DNA of 64,000 bases. It comes from Eledone cirrhosa (lineage: Eukaryota). The stretch covers positions 293,384,001-293,448,000 of the forward strand of contig OZ024741.1 in NCBI GenBank assembly GCA_964016885.1, written 5' to 3'. The stretch's first letter is position 1, and every line of letters begins with the position of its first letter. Both the position numbers and the translations under genes were made by a program. Shown in pieces: positions 41,995-54,700 of the stretch. Below the pieces are notes generated by a model that ran no database searches, was not told where the DNA came from, and was given only the letters and a program-made list of their open reading frames with translations.

Positions 41995-42068
41995 GCTGTC
42001 TGACGATGTCGCGGCACTGGCGCACGGAACAGTGTGGCCACTGTCGCCATTGAAATATATATCAGAGC
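41995..42068 (+). ncRNA. Type I hammerhead ribozyme motif (copy 3)
   Basis: Same motif, with one mismatch in stem I (agagc). Confidence 0.68.
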
Positions 42069-42190
42069 ATTCTTATTAAAAGACTTCTGAAACTACTTCG
42101 CTTTTCCTTATTCGATATTTACTCCGTCACTCCTATGTGGAATAAGTTCGTTGAGTGCTTGAATTGAATTGCATCAATATTTACCCTAAG

Positions 42191-42224
<34 letters not shown>

Positions 42225-42270
42225 TAAAATAACAGATTCAAGTTTAAGCAAAGAATTGCTGCTTTTACCC

Positions 42271-43382
42271 TTATTATTACTATTATTATTATTATTATTA
42301 TTATTATTACAGTTGCATTTATCTTGCTTTATGTTCATACGAGTTATCACCAAGTCACAACCAGTGACCTCAAGAGACAACAAGGTCCGCCATGTTCAAG
42401 AAAGAACATACATACTCACACATGCATCTTTAGTGTTTAGACTTGTGATGTACTTATATTGACAGAATCTTCCTTAGTATATGGGCAGTTCCCATTAGTA
42501 CTATCTTTTGTATTTCTCCTATACGCGGGTTTCCTGGGATTTGCGATAAGTAATCATTAGACCCCTTAGGTATCATTCCCAGAGCGTCTACAACCACTGG
42601 TATTGTTTTAGTTCTCAATTTCCACATTTTTCCAATTTCTATCTCCAGGTCCTTATACTTGCTCAATTTTTCAAATGTTTTATAGATACATTCTTGTCTA
42701 TTGGAACAGACATATCAATTAGCAGGCATACCCTCTTTTTAAAGTCCTTCAATATTATATCAGGTCTATTTGCATCTATTTTTCGGTCTGTTTGGATGCT
42801 AAAGTTCCACAAGATTGAGATGTGATCTTTTTCAAGTATGGAGGTGGTTGATGCTCCCACCAATTCTTTTGATGGGGCAGGACAAAATGCTTACACATTA
42901 TCCAATGTATGTATTGTGCAGCTCTGTCATGCCTGTTTAGGTATTCGGTTGGAGCTATAGGACTGCACATTGAAATTATATGGTCAATGGTCTCTGGTTG
43001 TTTTTTGCATACACGGCATAATGGGCTGCATCCATTTTTTATTATATTGGCTTGGTAATTTTTTGTTGGCAGACATTGATCTTGTGCTGATATAATCAGT
43101 CCTTCAGTCTCCGATTTCAGTCCAGAGGATGCCAACCACTGATGGGTTAAAGTTTTGTCAACATCAGGATTGTTAGCTCGCTCTGGGTATTTTCCATACA
43201 GAGGCTTTTCTTGCTATTTCTTAGCCAGTTTCTGTAGCAGTTCTTTCTTTGCAGTTACTTTTGCCTGCTTTGCTTTTTCTGTGTTTTCCATTTCAGCAGT
43301 AAATGGGACTTCTGAAATTTGTAGTCCATTACTGTATCTTTGTGCATCTTTTGTAATGGAATATGATCTTTTGATGCTTTCG
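42271..43382 (-). mobile_element. R4/Dong-clade element, 5'-truncated copy (CCHC + RLE + 3' UTR) with (TAA)n tail
   Basis: CRVC..ETIDHIISMC, RHD, RPDII, KYKDL; near identical to 43399-44476. Confidence 0.9.
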
Positions 43383-46300
43383 TTATTATTATTATTATTA
43401 CAGTTGCATTTATCTTGCTTTATGTTTATACGAGTTATCACCAAGTCACAACCAGTGACCTCAAGGGACAACAAGGTCCGCCATGTTCAAGAAAGAACAT
43501 ACATATTCACACATGCATCTTTAGTGTTTAGACTTGTGATGTACTTATATTGACAGGATCTTCCTTAGTATATGGGCAGTTCCCATTAATACTATCTTTT
43601 GTATTTCTCCTATACGCGGGTTTCCTGGGATTTGCGATATGTAATCATTAGACTCCTTAGGTATCATTCCCAGAGCGCCTACAACCACTGGTATTGTTTT
43701 AGTTCTCAATTTCCACATTTTTCCAATTTCTATCTCCAGGTCCTTATACTTGCTCAATTTTTCAAATGTTTTTATAGATACTTTCTTGTCTATTGGAACA
43801 GACATATCAATTAGCAGGCCTACCCTCTTTTGAAAGTCTTTCAATATTATATCAGGTCTGTTTGCATCTATTTTTCGGTCTGTTTGGATGCTAAAGTTCC
43901 ACAAGATTGAGATGTGATCTTTTTCAAGTATGGGAGGTGGTTGATGCTCCCACCAATTCTTTTGATGGGGCAGGTCAAAATGCTTACACATTATTCAATG
44001 TATGTATTGTGCAGCTCTGTCATGCCTGTTTAGGTATTCGGTTGGAGCTATAGGACTGCACATTGAAATTATATGGTCAATGGTCTCTGGTTGTTTTTTG
44101 CATACACGGCATAATGGGCTGCACCCATTTTTTATTATGTTGGCTTGGTAATTTTTTGTTGGCAGACACTGATCTTGTGCCGATATAATCAGTCCTTCAG
44201 TCTCCGATTTCCGTCCAGAGGATGCCAACCACTGATGGGTTAAAGTTTTGTCAACATCAGGATTGTTAGCTCGCTCTGGGTATTTTCCATACAGAGGCTT
44301 TTCTTGCCATTTCTTATCCAGTTTCTGTAGCAGTTCTTTCTTTGCAGTTACTTTTACCTGCTTTGCTTTTTCTGTGTTTTCCATTTCAGCAGTAAATGGG
44401 ACTTCTGAAATTTGTAGTCCATTACTGTATCTTTGTGCATCTTTTGTAATGGAATATGATCTTTTGATGCTTTCGTGTTTCAAAACGAGTTTGATCATCC
44501 AATCATGTGATTCCCTTAGATATGTAGATAATCCAATCGTTGCAGTTTTCAACGCAATGTCTAACTGGATTAACCCACGTCCTCCTTCTTTCCTAGGGAG
44601 ATATATTCTATCTATATCTGCCTTAGGGTGATGCATTCTGTGCATGGTTAAGAATTTTCGAATTTTTGTATCGAGCCTACGGATCTCTGTGCTTGACCAG
44701 TTGATGACATTGTAACTGTAGGTTACTACTGGTATGGCAAGCGTGTTTATGGCATCGATCCTATTCCTTGCATTCAATTCCGTTCTTAAGATTGCTCTTA
44801 CTCTGCGGTAACATTCCTTCCTTATCCTTTCCCTCATTGTCGAGTGCTTGATTCCATCTCCTTCACAAACACCTAGATATTTGTAAGTTTTTTCTTGATC
44901 AAGTTCTCTTATCACGTTCCCCCGATCAAGATTAATGTCTGAACTCTTCAGCAGCTTTCCTCTGGTGAACGTTGCTTTGGCACATTTATCTAGTCCAAAC
45001 TCCATTTTAATGTCATCACTGAACTGCTTCACAGTGGATAATAGCCCTTGCAATTGTTCATCATTTTTTGCAAATAGTTTCAGGTCATCCATGTAGAACA
45101 GGTGATTAATGGTTTTGTCATAGACTTTATATCCATGTTTTGTTTCATTGAGCATTTTACTTAATGGTATAAGTGCGATGCAGAATAAAAGCGGTGATAA
45201 AGAGTCACCCTGAAAAATTCCACATTTAATATTAACTTCTCCAGCTTCCAGTGATTTTGTTTCACTATTCAAAAGGAGTGTCGTTTTCCATGTCTTCATA
45301 CTGAATGACAAAAACCTCCTGACAACGGGGGATACTTTGAAAATCTCTAAACATTTTTCAATCCAACTGTGTGGCAAACTATCAAATGCTTTTTTATAAT
45401 CTATCCAAGCAATCGATAGATTTTTGTGTCTATTATGACAATCTTCCAGTATCATTTTGTTAACCAAAAGCTGATCCTTACAGCCATATGAGCCTCGTTT
45501 ACACCCTTTCTGCTCAATGGGAAATAGGTCATTTGTTATCAGGTGGTCATATGTGTATTCAGTTAGGACTGATGTTAAAATTTTATACATTGTGGTCAAG
45601 CAAGTTATCGGTCTGTAATTTTGGGGATTGTTTGTCTCATCATTCTTCGGAAGCAGGAATGTAATGCCGTTAACTAGCCATGAAGGTATCTTTTCTGGCT
45701 CCTTAACTATTTCATTGTAAAGTTGGGCTAACAGCTCATGAGACTCTGTGAAGGCATTTATCCAAAAGTTTTGTATTTTGTCTTTTCCTGGGGATTTCCA
45801 TTTGCTGGTTTTTCTTAGAGCCAAGCGCAACTGTTCAACTGTTATATTTTCCCATGTTTGTTCCTCAAGGTGAGCTGTATCTTTCATTTGTCTGTCTATC
45901 CATGGGGCATGTATGTTATGAACTTTTTCTTCGGCCCAGATCTTTTCCCAGAATTCTTGCACTTCCTCCTTGGGTGGTATTGATTTAGCAGTTATTGTTG
46001 ACTTACCAATTTTTCTGTAGAAGTTTCTTTGGTTGTTTTTGAATATATTATTGTCCTTATAGAATCTAGATCGTTTTTCAAAGCGCCTTATACGAGCAGC
46101 TTTGGCCGACACTTTTTGCTTGATTATTTCTATCAGCATGTCTATGTCACATGTTGATTTTATACTGTACTTTTTTTTCAATTTTCTAAGTTTAGTTTGT
46201 TTAACATGTTCACCTACTTTATAGTTTGTTAAAATTTCTATGTCAGATCGGAGAAGGTTTATTTGGCGATTGATGTTCTCTTGCCAAGTAGATTTCTTGT

Positions 46301-46603
46301 GGGAATTCCTTTGTTTTTTCATCTTCACTCCACATAAGTGAGTGGTGACTTTAGCCGATGCATAATAGAGATGATTTAAATCAGTAATGTTTAGTTTGTT
46401 TGTGATGATAATGTTTTTGAGAATTATGTTAGTCTTGTGTATTATCTTTTGGTTCTGTTTGGAGTTCTGGATCTTAGGGAGGGTGTCTCGTTTCCCCATG
46501 TCAGATTCTTTCATTTTCATCCATTCGATCATAATTTCATCCTTCAAGTTGGCAAGTTCATTCTCATTCATTTCCTTATCATTTACGATCTCATTATTTT
46601 TAA
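43383..46603 (-). mobile_element. R4/Dong-clade non-LTR retrotransposon (RT + CCHC + restriction-like endonuclease), 5'-truncated, one in-frame stop at 43995
   Basis: WKSPGKD, NYRPITCL, WIDYKKAFDS, GIFQGDSLSP, YMDDLK, YKYLG, GGRGL, CCHC, RPD..KY..L, PVVVGALG; (TAA)n tail typical of Dong. Confidence 0.93.
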
Positions 46604-48146
46604 GAGAATACGAAGCGGTGACAGGAGCAATGATCAACCAGGAAAAGTCAGTGGGCCTGCAGCTCGGCACCTGGAGAGGCAGGTCCATGCCGTCCAACAG
46701 CGTCGTCGGGCGCTGGACGGACGGACCAGTTAAATTGCTAGGGGTCTGGTTCGGTCCAGACCTCCAGACGGACAAAAACTGGGACGAGGTGACGAGCAGG
46801 GTGGCTTCTCTCACCCAGAAATGGGCCGAGAGGAAGCTATCCCTGAAAGGTCGAGCGGAGGTGGCGAATGCGTACATCACATCCGTCATCTACTACCGCC
46901 TGACCGTCGTACCTTGTCCTAAGCCCCGCCTGACTGCGCTGGAGCGTTTGCTCTTTCGCTTCTTGTGGAAGGGACGCGCTCCGATGGTCAGGCGGTCCAT
47001 CTGCTGTCAACACCCGCTACGTGGAGGGCTGGGCATGCCGTGGCTGATGATGCGCAGACACGCGCTCAGGCTACGACATCTCCACCTCTTCCTCGACGGT
47101 GATCAGGTGTGGTCGCCGTTTGCGAGACACGTTTTTCCCCAGCTCGTCTCCTTGACGGAGCTGCAGTCCTGGGTCAAGTGAAGACCGAGAGGGAGCGCTT
47201 GGAGACTGGAATGTCTTCAGGCGCTCACAGCCCTCGACCAATCGGGCAATGTGATCGGTGGAAACTCCACCTTGGTGTTCTATAGGGGATTAGTGGAGGG
47301 GAAGAGCGACGACGTACTTGGAGAAACTCTAGGCGTCGACGAAAATCAACTAGCCAATCTCTTCGGAAGGACATTCGGGCCGGGGCCTATGGACAACTTC
47401 CAGAAATCCCTGGCCTGGCAGTGCTACCGAGGAGCTTTGCCAGTTTGGGATAAACTCTACAGGCATGGAGGTGCCGTCAGCCGGGCATGTCCGAGATGCG
47501 CGCAGGGTGACGAAACCGTCCTGCACGCACTCGTCCAGTGTCCGAGCATTGCTGACTTGTGGGTTTATGTCGAACACCTGCTGTCACGTGTAGGACGGAT
47601 CCAGCTATCAGCTGAGTCCATCGTGAGGATTGCCCCGCCCCCTTCCTTTAGCCTGGAAGGGCAGGCAGTTTTTATCTGTCTGGTGGCCATGGCGAAAGAG
47701 ATAGTATGGTGGACACGTTTGAAAGGGCTGAAGACGAGCACTTACCTCTTCGGTGATGCCCTGATTAACTTTTTCAAATTTCATTTGAAAAGGAAAATCA
47801 GGGTAGAGAGGGAAGTGCTCTCTTCCCAGCATTTTGTTGAAAGATGGGTGAGAGAAGCAAGTATGGCCCGAATGAATGGGCCTTCTCTGAGTATGTGTCT
47901 GTAAATTAAAGGTGGAAAACTGGGAGAGGGCACTTGCCCTGGTGGTCAGGGCCACTGTGGTCTTTTAATGGGCTTTCTCCACAAATGTCCCTTGGAAGTC
48001 TCCCCCCTATTGGGGAATTTTTCTTTGTTATTTTATTTCAACCTCTGTTTTTTTACACGCAGAAATGCCCATTTGTACCATCCTGTATTGTCCTGTACTG
48101 TCCTTAATGTCTACTTTATGTGAACCCTTGTGGTTAATAAAGAAAA

Positions 48147-48150
<4 letters not shown>
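46604..48150 (+). mobile_element. Tx1/L1-clade LINE 3' fragment
   Basis: GAMINQEKS, KLLGVWF, LSLKGR, GGLGMP, CPRC..ETVLHALVQC; one stop at 47179; 3' UTR with AATAAA. Confidence 0.92.
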
Positions 48151-48194
<44 letters not shown>

Positions 48195-48195
48195 C

Positions 48196-48300
48196 TTTGC
48201 CTTTCATCCTTACGGGGTCAATAAAATAAAGTACCAGTAATGCACTGGGTAATTGATGTCCTTGTGCCTAAAGTAGAAACAATTATTATTATTATTATTG
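48196..48300 (+). mobile_element. SINE 3' half within (TTA)n
   Basis: ctttgcctttcatccttacggggtc..gtagaaacaattatt. Confidence 0.8.
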
Positions 48301-49241
48301 TTCTTTGAGTCTCAGTCATTGATGTTAGTTAACTGTAAAGTTTGTTGAAATGAATATCAAGCCACTACCTGCAGCCTCAGATATTCAGGACGTATCAGAG
48401 GGTTCTTGCTGTTCCTAGCAAGCATGCCTTTTGAAGTGTTCTAAAAAGCGGGGTTCGGCCAATTTTCTTTAACCATCCCTGGAAACTTTTTGAGATAGTA
48501 CCTAAGTGCACCTAAGACAATCAGGACCACTTTGACTTCATGGCAGTTCCAAATCTTTTTTACCTCCCACTTTAAGTCCTGGTATCAGTTAATTTTCTCC
48601 CTCTCCTTCTCTTGCACTCTTGTGTCGAATGGGCAGGCTACATCCACAATCAGGCACGATCTTTTTTCCTTGTCCAAAACCACCAGGTCAGGTCTATTGT
48701 GTTCCAGTTTCTTGTCCGTCTGTATCCTAAAATTCCACAGCACCTTCACCTGATCGTTTTCTATCACCGACTCTAGCTTATGCTCATACCACTTCTCAGA
48801 ATGTGGTAAATTGTTTACTTTGCATAGGTGCCAGTGGATCACCCTGCCCATCACATCATGTCTCCAGCCTTTATAGTGAGTCTGGGCTAGGTGTTTACAC
48901 TCAGATACAATGTGAGCCACAGTCTCCCCTCTCTCTCCACAGATCCTGCACAGTGGGCTAGCCTCCTCCTTGTAAATATGGTGTTTCAGCCACTTCGTTT
49001 TGAGGGCCTGCTCTTGCGCCGCCATTAGCATTCCTTCTGTAGCCTTTTTAAGGTCTCTTCTTTTCAACCAGTTCCACGTCTGTGGATCTCTGAATTCAGT
49101 TTTCTCAAAGAAGGTACTATGAAAGGATTTTTCATGAAGGCTGCTCTTTCTCCTCATTGTTATTTCCTCCTTGGACATCCCCTGGTCTATTGTCCTCTCC
49201 TTCAGTATAATTCTGAGCATTGGCTCCTTACTATCAGCCAC

Positions 49242-49242
<1 letters not shown>
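48301..49242 (-). mobile_element. R4/Dong-clade 3' fragment, different subfamily, flanked by (TTA)n
   Basis: TEGMLMAAQEQAL, CRIC..ETVAHIVSEC, RHD, HNRPDLVV, VDVACPFD. Confidence 0.88.
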
Positions 49243-49286
<44 letters not shown>

Positions 49287-49876
49287 GTATTACTACTACT
49301 ATATATACATACACACACACACACACTGGTGTTCCCTATTTATGGTGGGGCTGATAATGCTGTTAGAACTCAATGGAGCCTTGAAGTGATGGTTTCAATG
49401 AGATTAGCCAGTGAGTACTATAATTTTTGTAATAGGTTCTCATATGTTTTTTTCTACACATTGTCTTTTTTCTAATAACATTGTTACTTCTATGTTTTTA
49501 TCTTTGATTTATGCAACCATCTTCATTTATTTATTTTTTCCTGATGGGGCTATCCAACTGGCCAATTTCAGCCTCCTTATATTTTTCATAAATAAAATCA
49601 TAGTTCCCCGTTTCTGACAATATGCTGATTTACCATAATCGATCAACCCTCTGAAACGATTGTAAAATAATGAACTAATTAAGAACCTATCTTCAACTTT
49701 TGTTTTATTTACATTGTTCAATACACATACACACATATTTCTTCTTAAGCGTGAAACTAATAAGATTTTGCATATCTGTTTGTTTTGTCATTTCTTGAAT
49801 TATATATATATACATATGTGTGTATTTATCATCAACATCAATCATTATCATCATCATTTAACTCCTGTCTATTATA

Positions 49877-50066
49877 GGTGGTGGATTGGCAGTATTGGTA
49901 GAGAGTCGGGCGCCATGCTTTGCCACAAAGAGTTACGGCCCTTTACGATCTGAGTTAAAATACCGCTGAGGTCAACCTTGCCTTTCATCCTTATGGGGTC
50001 AATAAAATAAAGTACCAGTAATACCCTGGGATAATTTCTGGCCTTGTGCCAAAAGTAGAAACAATT
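49877..50066 (+). mobile_element. tRNA-derived SINE
   Basis: Same family as 24066. Confidence 0.88.
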
Positions 50067-50099
50067 ATGTTTATTATAGTCCATAACAGAACAGTTTAA

Positions 50100-50835
50100 G
50101 ACAGGCAGTCTATGAGAATGTATGTATGCTGATGACCTGATTCTTATAGATAAGAAATTCTAGTTCTGGAAACAATTTATTAAACCTCCATAGAGGTGGT
50201 TGATATGTTCTACTACCTTGGAGATCTAATTATCAGTCTGAAAGCATAGTAGCTAGAATAAGAACAGGATGGAAAAAGTTTAGGGAGCTACTATCATTGT
50301 TGACAACAAAAGTTTTCTCTTTATGACTGAAAAGCCAGTTGTCTAATGCCTGCATGTGTTATTGCATGGTAGTGGGACATGGGCAGTGAATACAGAGGAT
50401 ATTCAGATGCTGGAGAGAAATAAAGTGATTATGCTTCAATGTATGTGCAATGCTAATATGTGTGAACAATGATGCATGAATCAACTGAGAGGAAAACTGG
50501 ATACAAGAGAAATCAGATGAAGTGTGCAAGAGCAGCAACTGCATTGGGGTGGACATATGATGCATATGGAATAAGATTGAGTAAAGAAGTGTCAGGAAAT
50601 CCCAGTAAAAGGTTGCTGTAGAAGAAGACCATAAGAGCTGATCTCAAATTGTTGAAGCTTACTATGGAGATGAAAGTAATAAATAGAAGAATGTTGTACT
50701 GCAAAAGACATATACCATGCAAGCATGGAAATGTATACATAAAATGATAATGATGACAATGATAATAAATATATTCATATAAACCCATGCTAGCATGGAA
50801 AATATATATTAGATGATGATGATGGTGGTGATGAT
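50100..50835 (+). mobile_element. Highly degenerate RTE 3' fragment
   Basis: YADDL, FYYLGD, GWKKFRELL and LHGSGTW remnants; gat tail. Confidence 0.75.
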
Positions 50836-51029
50836 AAAATGTTGAAAATTTACATATTTTTCTCTTGTTTTCAGGTAAGAACACTTTGAAATATAACTGA
50901 TTTATTTAGAAAGGGAAACAGGAAATAAAAATTACAAGTCAACAAAGCAATATTTTCTCAGGTATTTTGTTATGTTTAAAAAATCTATTTAATTATATTA
51001 TTATTCTTTTCTTTTATTTTTTATTGTTG

Positions 51030-51330
51030 TGAAGGTGTATGGCTTAGTGGTCTCACAATTGTGAGGTTTTCAGTTCAATTTCTGGACCAGGCAGTGAGTT
51101 GTGTCCTTGAACAAGACACTTTATTTCATGTTGCTCCAGTTTACTCAGCTGCATAAATGAGTTGTGACATCACTGATACCAAGCAGTATTGGCCATTGCC
51201 TTTCCCTTGGACAATATTGGTGGTGTGGAGAGGGGAGGCCAATATATCATGAGTGGCTGCTAGTCTTCCACAAAAATTCCTTGCCCAAATTTGTGCCTTG
51301 GAGTGGAGAACTTCTTAGGTGCAATCCCAT
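51030..51330 (+). mobile_element. CORE-like SINE
   Basis: tggcttagtggt A box, gttcaatttc B box, gtgtccttgaacaagacact; homologous to 62225-62530. Confidence 0.75.
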
Positions 51331-51664
51331 GGTTATTCTTTACCCAATTATTTTTTTGTAGATTTTCTCATCATTTTATTATTTCATTTCAACTGGAAGA
51401 TCTAATGCTGAAAGAGCAAATCATAACAACTGAGTCTCACAAAATTTCATTACTTTGCTTGTTTCAAGAATCTTCCTCAGCAACTATTCCTAATATTATC
51501 ATAAAATAATAATAATGATAACAATAAGATCAAGGCCAACCAACCAGATATTATAATAAAATGCCTTCTAATAAATGTATCTATCCCCAAAGATGATAAT
51601 ATATCTTCTAAGGAAATAGAGAAACTCTCCAAATATAAAGATAGTAATGGAAATAATAATAATA

Positions 51665-51858
51665 ATAATTGTTTCCACTTTTGGCACGAGGCCAGCAATT
51701 ATCCCAGTGCATTACTGGTACTTTATTTTATTGACTCCGTGAGGATGAAAGGCAAAGTTAACATTGGCGGGATTTGAACTCAGATCATAAAGAGCTGTAA
51801 CTCTATGCTGCAAAGCATGGCATCTGACCTTCTACCGATACTGCCAATCCACTCCCCT
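51665..51858 (-). mobile_element. tRNA-derived SINE in (TAA)n
   Basis: Same family as 24066. Confidence 0.88.
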
Positions 51859-51877
51859 ATTAATAATAATATTAATA

Positions 51878-52275
51878 AATTTGAAAATTTGAGCAAGTAT
51901 AAAGACCTGCAAATAGAGATTGGAAAAATGTGGTAGTTGAGAACTAAAACAATACCAGTGGTTGTAGGCACTCTAGGAATGATACTTAAAGGGTCTAATT
52001 ATTACTTATCCCAAATCCCAGGAAACCCGCATATAGAAGAAATACAAAAGGTAGTAGGACTAATGGGTACTGCTGATATACTAAAGAAGGTTCTGTCAAT
52101 ATAAGTATATCACAAGTGCAAACACTTAAAGATGCATTTGTGTGTTTTTTCTTGCACATGGCAGACCTTGTTATCTCTTGAGGTCACTGGTTGTGACTTG
52201 GTGATAACTCATATGATCATAAAGCAAGATAAATGAAATAATAATAATAATAAATAATAATAATATTAATAATAA
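51878..52275 (+). mobile_element. R4/Dong 3' end fragment with (TAA)n tail
   Basis: SKYKDLQIEIGKMW..IPVVVGTLG; matches the reverse complement of 42315-42680. Confidence 0.88.
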
Positions 52276-53315
52276 TGGTGATGGATGCTAAGTTGGATCT
52301 AGGGCATACATTTTGTGGGATGGGTGTAGTCAGTGAAAGCAATATTAGTAGAACCGTGTAATGTTCAACTAATGGTGTTGTATGCTCTAATATTATATTC
52401 TCCTAGGTACAACACTTATATGCTCCCAGCTTTGTTAAAATAGTATCTGTTACATACCGAAGTTGGTTTAACCCAATACATCCTTCCCTCTTTTAAAATG
52501 CATGAACTTGCTGTAAATTAAGAAGTCTCTGGTATATGTTAGTGCTATGCTTGTGTTAGTATTAAAACAAAAGGAAATATTTTTATTTATATTATATGAG
52601 GGCAAATTATCTATCTCTATCTATCTAGTCAGTTTTTCAATAGATCTCTTAATGGACAAATGATAGTTTATGATACTAGTTCAGACAATTCCCATTGTAG
52701 AAAATCTCTGTCTTGATTACTTCTGCCTTGTTTATTTTAATTATGGTAGTTTGTGGAGCTTTTTCTTTGATATTTGAAACAGATGTATAGGATTAGCTTA
52801 ATTATAATAAGTAATGTAAGTAATATTTTTTAGAATATTCTGATTGCTTTCAAACCTGTTATATTTATTACATTATAGAATTATTTTGTTTTCTGTAATA
52901 TTCTTGTGTAAGTGGGCTCAATAATAGTTTTTTTTTTCAAATTTTACTTCTATTGAGCTTTTACAGAACAATGAAATCCAGATTTTTTATTTTGATTTAT
53001 TTTTGTGTATCATCGCTTTTACTTCCGCTTTTCCATGTTTGCATATATACATATAATATCATTTTATATAACATCTACAAAGAAAAACAATGTAGGAGAA
53101 AATTGCAGTACAATGATGATATATATATGCTTGATATAGTAGGAAAAGAGTCACATACCATATATACTTGTGTATAAGTCACACATATTTTTTGCATACA
53201 ATATTTATAATAGAGCATATATGAGAAGATTTTCTATCCAGTTACATCTTGATTATTCACATCATATATATAATTTGAAATTCAGTGCAATGTTTAAAAA
53301 TCCTTTATTTATAAG

Positions 53316-53395
53316 GCTGTGATCATATTTCAATGGCATTCATGGCTACATGATGGTTAGATGATGCAACTGGTCATGGTACATCATCAAACAAC
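53316..53395 (-). ncRNA. Decayed hammerhead motif related to the 41227 family
   Basis: gttgt TTGATGA tgt..gccatt GAAA tatga TC acagc then AATAAA; the neighbouring aggtta.gttt..ggcaatc is also homologous. Confidence 0.5.
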
Positions 53396-53495
53396 ATCTT
53401 AAGCAGTGAGGTTACGTTTCTGGGGCAATCGTATCTAAAGACAAAGGAACAGAAAGATATGATGTTTTGATCGCCAATGTCTGTTATATATATAT

Positions 53496-54378
53496 CATCA
53501 TCATCAACATCAGTGGTTTATGTCCATTCTTCCACACTAGTATGGGTTAGATGAGTTGTCCTGTTGTGGGCAATGCTAGGTCAGGTGACCATGTCTTGCT
53601 CATACAGAACTGATTTTGGCTTGGTTTCTGCAGCTGGATGCCCTTCCTAATGCCAACCTCATTTACAGTGAGTACTGGGTGCTTTTTGTTGTGATGCCTA
53701 CATGACCATTTCACAATGTAGACTGGGTGATTTTGTCATGACACCTACATGACCACTTTACAGTGTGGGCTGGGGGCTTCACTGCATGCATACTTTGGCC
53801 TATCTTCATAGGGGATGTGGCATACTGGAGTGTGTCATACTGTATCTATGCTTCAGCTTCGGCCTGTGCCTGTGGGAAGTTGGGCCTTCTCTATTACTAT
53901 GATGCCAGAGATCTCAGTCCTGTGTCATTGCCTTTGAGAGGTGCAATTGGGTAAGATCCACTTTTATCACCTCATTCCAAGTCATCCTTAGTCTCCCCAC
54001 TCCAAGGCTTCCATTGGGGTTGAGCGCTCTGCACCTTTTTATGCAGCTGTCATCCTTCATATGCCTTACAAGTCCATACCAACGTAATCTCCTCTCCTGC
54101 ACACACCATTTGATTCCTCTTATGCCTAGTTTCTCTCTCAATTTGTTTATGCTATACCGTTCATGCATATTACTATTACACATCCATCGGAGCATGCAAG
54201 CTTCATTTCTTTCCAATCTTTGCAGGTCTTCTGCACACAGTGCCCAGTTTCACTACCATGCAACATTGCTGTTTGTATACATGCATCATACAATCTGCCC
54301 TTCAATTTATGGGAAAAACCTTTTGTAGCTAGCAGCAATAGCAGCTCCCTGAACTTTCTCCACCCTGTTCTTACTCTG
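53496..54378 (-). mobile_element. Degenerate RTE 3' fragment
   Basis: KGRLYDAC..HGSET, ERRLRWYG and GVGR motifs; cat repeats at the tail. Confidence 0.88.
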
Positions 54379-54700
54379 TGAATTAAGTTGTTTCAGTAGA
54401 AAATAATTGTCGATAGTTACCAAGGCAGAGATTAGCCTCCCGTCAAAAATCTCCACTGCTAACAACTTACCATAAACTTCAAGATTTAAGGTTCACATTT
54501 TTTACCTGGAGTGTAAGATGACCCCCTGTTTTAGTTTAATTCTTTTATTACAAACATTTTTGTGGATAAACAATTCACAACTAATATAGATTACCAAGAT
54601 AATATATTGGTGTGCATATGTATATATTTATACGTATGAGTATATAAATATAAACACACATGCATTTACACAAGTATAAATATATTCACACAAACATACA

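Larger units (their letters stand above)
39865..42188. mobile_element. Penelope-like element remnant: inverted arms 39865-40567 and 41350-42112, partial tandem copy 41104-41349, tail 42113-42188, in (TA)n
   Basis: Arms compared directly; three hammerhead copies; minus-strand 40870-41090 reads like a decayed GIY-YIG C-terminus (SAL..W..ILD..AE..I..LNR across frameshifts, weak). Confidence 0.75.

Noticed and set aside
46604-46889. N-terminal ~95 aa of the 964-aa ORF as a novel domain
   Set aside because: It is the antisense strand of the adjacent Tx1 fragment, open by chance.
49380-49736. Non-repetitive AT-rich ORF-like stretch
   Set aside because: No recognisable motif or splice signals; frames are interrupted by stops.
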